The notes under the pieces: generated by a model
Told to the model about the DNA's origin: nothing
What the model saw: only the letters and a program-made list of their open reading frames with translations
Database searches by the model: none
Translations under genes and position numbers: made by a program
Part shown: positions 16,818 through 20,000 of the stretch, one piece after another
Layout: every line of letters starts with the position of its first letter
Position numbering within the stretch: the stretch's first letter is position 1
Virus record (IMG/VR): IMGVR_UViG_3300027749_000091
Direction: 5' to 3' (one strand)
Length of the DNA stretch: 20,000 nt
Source of the DNA: an uncultured virus (IMG/VR IMGVR_UViG_3300027749_000091)
Lineage: Duplodnaviria; Heunggongvirae; Uroviricota; Caudoviricetes

Positions 16818-17278
16818 CTACATATGCAATTTTTAGCAGTAAACATGACTCTGAAATATGGGTCAATCTTAAGGTCGGAACGCTCGAAAGCATGGAGACA
16901 GTTCGGGAATTAGTTATAGAAGAGATGAACAACGATCCAAGCCTTGAGCGTGGATATGTTGAATCCTATCCATTCTTTCAAGCTGATTGGGTAGTAATGG
17001 GCGGAAGAATAGAGACTCCCTTTGATTTCAATCAGATTTTAGAAGTAGAAAACGATCATGGTACTTTTGAAGAATCAAAACAATTTGAATGCTTTTGGGG
17101 TGATGGTTATCGGGCTGACGATAACAAATCTATTCTCGCTTATTACGATCAGGACTTTTTCAATCAAGATCGGGGATATGGGGAAATGGAATGCCACATG
17201 ATTTCCACTTTAGAAAAAGGCGATAGTTTAGATATTAGCGATGTAAGTGGTCATCATTGGGTAAGGCGGATTAAATGA
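16814..17278 (+). CDS. Acidic early-region protein
   Basis: 154 aa; ATGA overlaps on both sides; Asp/Glu-rich. Confidence 0.8.
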   Translation: MTTYAIFSSKHDSEIWVNLKVGTLESMETVRELVIEEMNNDPSLERGYVESYPFFQADWVVMGGRIETPFDFNQILEVENDHGTFEESKQFECFWGDGYRADDNKSILAYYDQDFFNQDRGYGEMECHMISTLEKGDSLDISDVSGHHWVRRIK

Positions 17279-17487
17279 AAATCTATTACGCACACGCACA
17301 GAGTCGGAATTTTGATTTCCAAGCCTTTGGATTGACTTATAACGAGGCGATTAAGACTCTTCATAAAGGGCTTAAGAAACACGCTAAACAATACAACCTA
17401 GAGCCGAAATGGTTCGAGGAATGGGCGGATATAAGGGTGGAAGAACTAGAGGGGGGCATAGCTTATCGAGATCGCTCGCCACTATAA
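17275..17487 (+). CDS. Early-region hypothetical protein
   Basis: 70 aa; ATGA overlap; stop abuts the hammerhead. Confidence 0.8.
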   Translation: MKIYYAHAQSRNFDFQAFGLTYNEAIKTLHKGLKKHAKQYNLEPKWFEEWADIRVEELEGGIAYRDRSPL

Positions 17488-17537
17488 GCAAGTCTGATGA
17501 GGCTTTATTAGCCGAAACCCCGAAAGGGGTCATTTGC
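17488..17537 (+). ncRNA. Type I hammerhead ribozyme
   Basis: Stem I GCAAGU/AUUUGC, core CUGAUGA (17494-17500), stem II GGCU-UUAUU-AGCC, GAAA (17514-17517), stem III CCCC-GAAA-GGGG, GUC cleavage triplet (17529-17531). Confidence 0.93.
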
Positions 17538-17560
17538 AAACAACCAAAAGAGGAAACAAA

Positions 17561-17851
17561 ATGGCACAGACTCAAATTTTCAGAGGCGTTGAAACGACCA
17601 CCTATTGCGACCAAGATGGGGCGCTTGTGGGTGTATATCGGGGGACTCCTGTAGTTCGCCAACTAGGGAACAAGATCACGCTTAAAACGGGCGGTTGGAA
17701 GTCTCGCACCACTAAATTAAGAATGAATCAGTTCTCTAGATCTTATTGTCAAAATCGGTTCGGGGTAACTCAAGAAAATTATGAATGGTTTTTAATTCTT
17801 AATGATCAAAAAATCCCGTTTGATGGCGATCAGATCTCTTTCGAGGTGTGA
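17561..17851 (+). CDS. Phage protein with GGWxxxTTKxRxN motif
   Basis: Start moved to ATG 17561 with GAGGA RBS; MAQTQIF...TGGWKSRTTKLRMNQ. Confidence 0.8.
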   Translation: MAQTQIFRGVETTTYCDQDGALVGVYRGTPVVRQLGNKITLKTGGWKSRTTKLRMNQFSRSYCQNRFGVTQENYEWFLILNDQKIPFDGDQISFEV

Positions 17852-17854
17852 TCT

Positions 17855-18019
17855 ATGAAGATTTATTACTATTGCGGAATCACTCGACAAGAGCGGGTTT
17901 TACACGCAAGCAAACATTTTGCAAAAGATCAGGCATTTTTTTGGGGCTACCTTGAGCGGTTAGGGGATAGCTTACATTTAATCGAACTAGATGAGGGGGA
18001 AACATGGGCTACACCATAG
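17855..18019 (+). CDS. Hypothetical protein (54 aa)
   Basis: Not in ORF track. MKIYYYCGITRQERVLHASKHFAKDQAFFWGYLERLGDSLHLIELDEGETWATP; GAGGTG RBS. Confidence 0.7.
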   Translation: MKIYYYCGITRQERVLHASKHFAKDQAFFWGYLERLGDSLHLIELDEGETWATP

Positions 18020-18162
18020 ACGATCTATTTATCTCTGTTAATGATATATACGAACAATACGACGAGGGCGAGATTCCGTTGGATGAGGCTAACGACATCT
18101 TAAAACGATGTTGCGAGTCCTTTATTCAAGCGCTAGAGGAAAAGGCTCGCTTGGCAGCATGA
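18004..18162 (+). CDS. Small acidic protein (52 aa) ending in LAA
   Basis: Not in ORF track. MGYTIDDLFISVNDIYEQYDEGEIPLDEANDILKRCCESFIQALEEKARLAA; GAGGGGG RBS. Confidence 0.7.
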   Translation: MGYTIDDLFISVNDIYEQYDEGEIPLDEANDILKRCCESFIQALEEKARLAA

Positions 18163-18165
18163 ATT

Positions 18166-18325
18166 AAATTTAGCCTGAAAAATCTCAGATTTGGGATTTT
18201 TTGGAGTAAGTTTTTTGTTTTTCCGTTTTCTAGTGCGTAGTAATACGCCAAAAAAGGCCAGAACCAGGCTTGAGGCGGTATTTTACTGGTTTCCGGATTG
18301 TAATTCGTAGCACAAGGCTAAATTT
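18166..18325. repeat. 11-bp inverted repeat enclosing several hairpins
   Basis: AAATTTAGCCT (18166-18176) and AGGCTAAATTT (18315-18325). Confidence 0.75.
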
Positions 18326-18339
18326 TAAAAGGAGGAGTC

Positions 18340-18507
18340 ATGCAAAAGAAGTGGTTTGATATTTTTTTTAAAGGCGAGTACTTAGGCGCTATGTTTTTGC
18401 CAGCGTCTAAACCAAAAGCAGTGCAAGAAGTGTGTAATAGGCTTGAAAAAACAGGCTTGCAGTATGTTTCATCAGATTTTTTACTAAAAGAAATGGAGAA
18501 AGTATGA
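18340..18507 (+). CDS. Hypothetical protein (55 aa)
   Basis: Not in ORF track. MQKKWFDIFFKGEYLGAMFLPASKPKAVQEVCNRLEKTGLQYVSSDFLLKEMEKV; AGGAGG RBS; ATGA overlap. Confidence 0.8.
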   Translation: MQKKWFDIFFKGEYLGAMFLPASKPKAVQEVCNRLEKTGLQYVSSDFLLKEMEKV

Positions 18508-18716
18508 AATATAAAGTATATCTAATTGACAAAACTTTAGAGGCAGATACGCCTGTTGATTTGCACAACTTAGTATGGGATTGGCAAATCGACCACCAAA
18601 TATCGGAGGAAGATTGGACTAGCCCAGCAGTCTGGTTCGGTAATGAAGTAATAGGCGTAATTAATTACAACGGGAGGATATGTGCTGAACAAGAGAGAAT
18701 TAAGCAAAAAGGCTAA
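18504..18716 (+). CDS. Hypothetical protein
   Basis: 70 aa; GGAG RBS; IGVINYNGRI motif. Confidence 0.75.
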   Translation: MKYKVYLIDKTLEADTPVDLHNLVWDWQIDHQISEEDWTSPAVWFGNEVIGVINYNGRICAEQERIKQKG

Positions 18717-18876
18717 TGCCATGAAAGACGTTCAAGAATCAATTGATTACTTAACCGCAAAGAAAGAGGAGTACTCAGGGATTGCCCTGGCTATTGTAGA
18801 AAAACATTTAGGTTATGCTTTACTTAAAAAGGAGGAGTTATGCAAATCAACAGAGAATACTTTATCAACCAAATAG
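18682..18876 (+). CDS. Hypothetical helical protein
   Basis: 64 aa; GTG start after GGAGG; fills the gap between neighbours. Confidence 0.6.
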   Translation: MLNKRELSKKANAMKDVQESIDYLTAKKEEYSGIALAIVEKHLGYALLKKEELCKSTENTLSTK

Positions 18877-19079
18877 AACAATATCTACACACAATGGAGA
18901 AAGATGAGATGAAACCATATGCCGTCAAGGTTAGCTACAGAGGAACAAAATATTATTATTTAGATGCGCCCGATGAGTGCGAGGCTGAAGAAATAGCTTG
19001 CGAGATGTTTGAGAGTGAGTTTAAGCTAGATAATGTTGAAACAGAAGGCTATGCCGAGGGAGACAGTGACGATGAATGA
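18840..19079 (+). CDS. Acidic hypothetical protein
   Basis: 79 aa; AGGAGG RBS; very acidic C-terminal half. Confidence 0.75.
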   Translation: MQINREYFINQIEQYLHTMEKDEMKPYAVKVSYRGTKYYYLDAPDECEAEEIACEMFESEFKLDNVETEGYAEGDSDDE

Positions 19080-19152
19080 CGAACTTAAGTTGGAAGATGT
19101 AGTCTGCGTATTTTTATTTGGCCTTTTTGTTGTAGCGTGGTGCTTAGTATGA
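19072..19152 (+). CDS. 26-aa single-pass membrane peptide
   Basis: Not in ORF track. MNDELKLEDVVCVFLFGLFVVAWCLV; GGAG RBS; overlaps both neighbours. Confidence 0.6.
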   Translation: MNDELKLEDVVCVFLFGLFVVAWCLV

Positions 19153-19331
19153 GGCTATTACACGATAGAAACGAACTTATCCATACGGTTGAAAGATTGG
19201 AGGATAAGGGCGGTTTTGCGGTATCATTGGGTAAAGCTGCATTATTGGCTGACGATGACAACCTAAAGATACTTGTAAAAGCGTTCCCCGCTATATTCTC
19301 AACAAGCAATAGCATAAGGCTAATTAAATGA
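19149..19331 (+). CDS. Hypothetical protein
   Basis: Start placed at ATG 19149 (ATGA overlap); GGFAVSLGKAALLADDDNLKILVKAFP motif. Confidence 0.7.
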   Translation: MRLLHDRNELIHTVERLEDKGGFAVSLGKAALLADDDNLKILVKAFPAIFSTSNSIRLIK

Positions 19332-19516
19332 ATGCAGTCATTATCTATCTAAAAGACGGTAAAAACGGCAAAGTAGAGCTTTCTATGGAGCTAATCGGCG
19401 ATCCTGGTCAGTCTTTTTTGGTAGGTAATGCTGTAGTAAACAACCTTGTGGATTTAAATAGCGTTGTTTTCGCTAATAATGAGTTTACCCAGAGACCGCA
19501 TGACCGATTGCAATAA
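19328..19516 (+). CDS. Hypothetical protein
   Basis: 62 aa; ATGA overlap; last gene of the plus-strand array. Confidence 0.6.
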   Translation: MNAVIIYLKDGKNGKVELSMELIGDPGQSFLVGNAVVNNLVDLNSVVFANNEFTQRPHDRLQ

Positions 19517-20000
19517 GCGATAGGCCAGCGGTTTCTGCACCCACTCTTAACTCATAATCATTGAAATCCTCGCCCTCTACTGGCGATACCCAATAAGGCA
19601 TACCCGTTTTCTTAGCTACTTTGATCCCAATCGGATCATTGTCGGCTACGATTAAGCAATCAGGATAGTTCTTTGCTACCTCTAAGATGTTATTAGCCGA
19701 GAAACATACATGGATGGTATAGCGCTTTTTAACAGTCTTTAAAGCCTTTCTAATGGATAGAGCAGTAGCCAACCCCTCACAAAGAATGTGTCTTCCCTTG
19801 GCGTCAATCCTAAATTCAGCACCTTTAGTAATCTGTCCAGAAAGAAACCTTTTGCCACCCTCTTTGTCTATCATCTGACAACCTACCAATGACTGGTTTA
19901 TACGCATTGGAACAATCAGCATTTCTTTCCATACCGACAGTTTTTTATCTCCTGCAAAACCTTTGCTAGCTAAGTAAGGATGAGTTCCTTTTGTTGCGGA
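19485..20000 (-). CDS. TOPRIM-domain DNA primase-like protein; 5' end outside window
   Basis: Frame is open to base 20000 (SATKGTHPYLASKGF...); LIVPM, KRFLSG, ILCEGLATALSI, IVADND and DFND are TOPRIM motifs of P4/TraC-like primases. Confidence 0.88.
   Translation of the reverse strand, partial: SATKGTHPYLASKGFAGDKKLSVWKEMLIVPMRINQSLVGCQMIDKEGGKRFLSGQITKGAEFRIDAKGRHILCEGLATALSIRKALKTVKKRYTIHVCFSANNILEVAKNYPDCLIVADNDPIGIKVAKKTGMPYWVSPVEGEDFNDYELRVGAETAGLSLIAIGHAVSG

Noticed and set aside
17514..17535. ACCCC-GAAA-GGGGT as a rho-independent terminator
   Set aside because: No proper U-tract; it is stem III of the hammerhead.
17384..17662. Track ORFs 17384-17662 (-), 17409-17654 (+) and the TTG start at 17534
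   Set aside because: They overlap better-supported genes and the ribozyme; the RBS supports ATG 17561.
18166..18325. Retron msr-msd (a1/a2 inverted repeats)
   Set aside because: No reverse transcriptase nearby and no long msd hairpin; kept only as a generic structured element.
1..20000. tRNA, integrase/att site, stop-codon recoding
   Set aside because: No cloverleaf or integrase seen; genes are full length in the standard code and all three stop codons are used.

Overview
A segment of a tailed dsDNA bacteriophage genome, podovirus-like in gene order. A CTGT-N8-ACAG LexA box suggests a beta/gammaproteobacterial host (inference). Bases 1-15609 form one tightly coupled minus-strand packaging/morphogenesis region: terS, small ORF, LexA-DNA-binding-domain-only protein, terL, portal, GroES-like co-chaperonin, scaffold, decoration-like protein, major capsid protein, a cluster of small Lys/Gly/Met-rich proteins sharing a C-terminal motif, head-tail/tail proteins and a free-standing GIY-YIG endonuclease. 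After a divergent intergenic region, 15983-19516 is a plus-strand array of very small ORFs typical of an early region, converging on a TOPRIM primase-like gene that runs off the window. The most notable signals are non-coding: (1) a complete type I hammerhead ribozyme between two early genes (17488-17537); (2) a near-consensus SOS box on the terS promoter, with a truncated LexA-like gene in the same operon; (3) a probably doubly pseudoknotted RNA leader after the capsid terminator (6642-6709); (4) a ~160-nt intergenic element closed by an 11-bp inverted repeat (18166-18325). All protein calls are from motif recognition and synteny; no database search was run.
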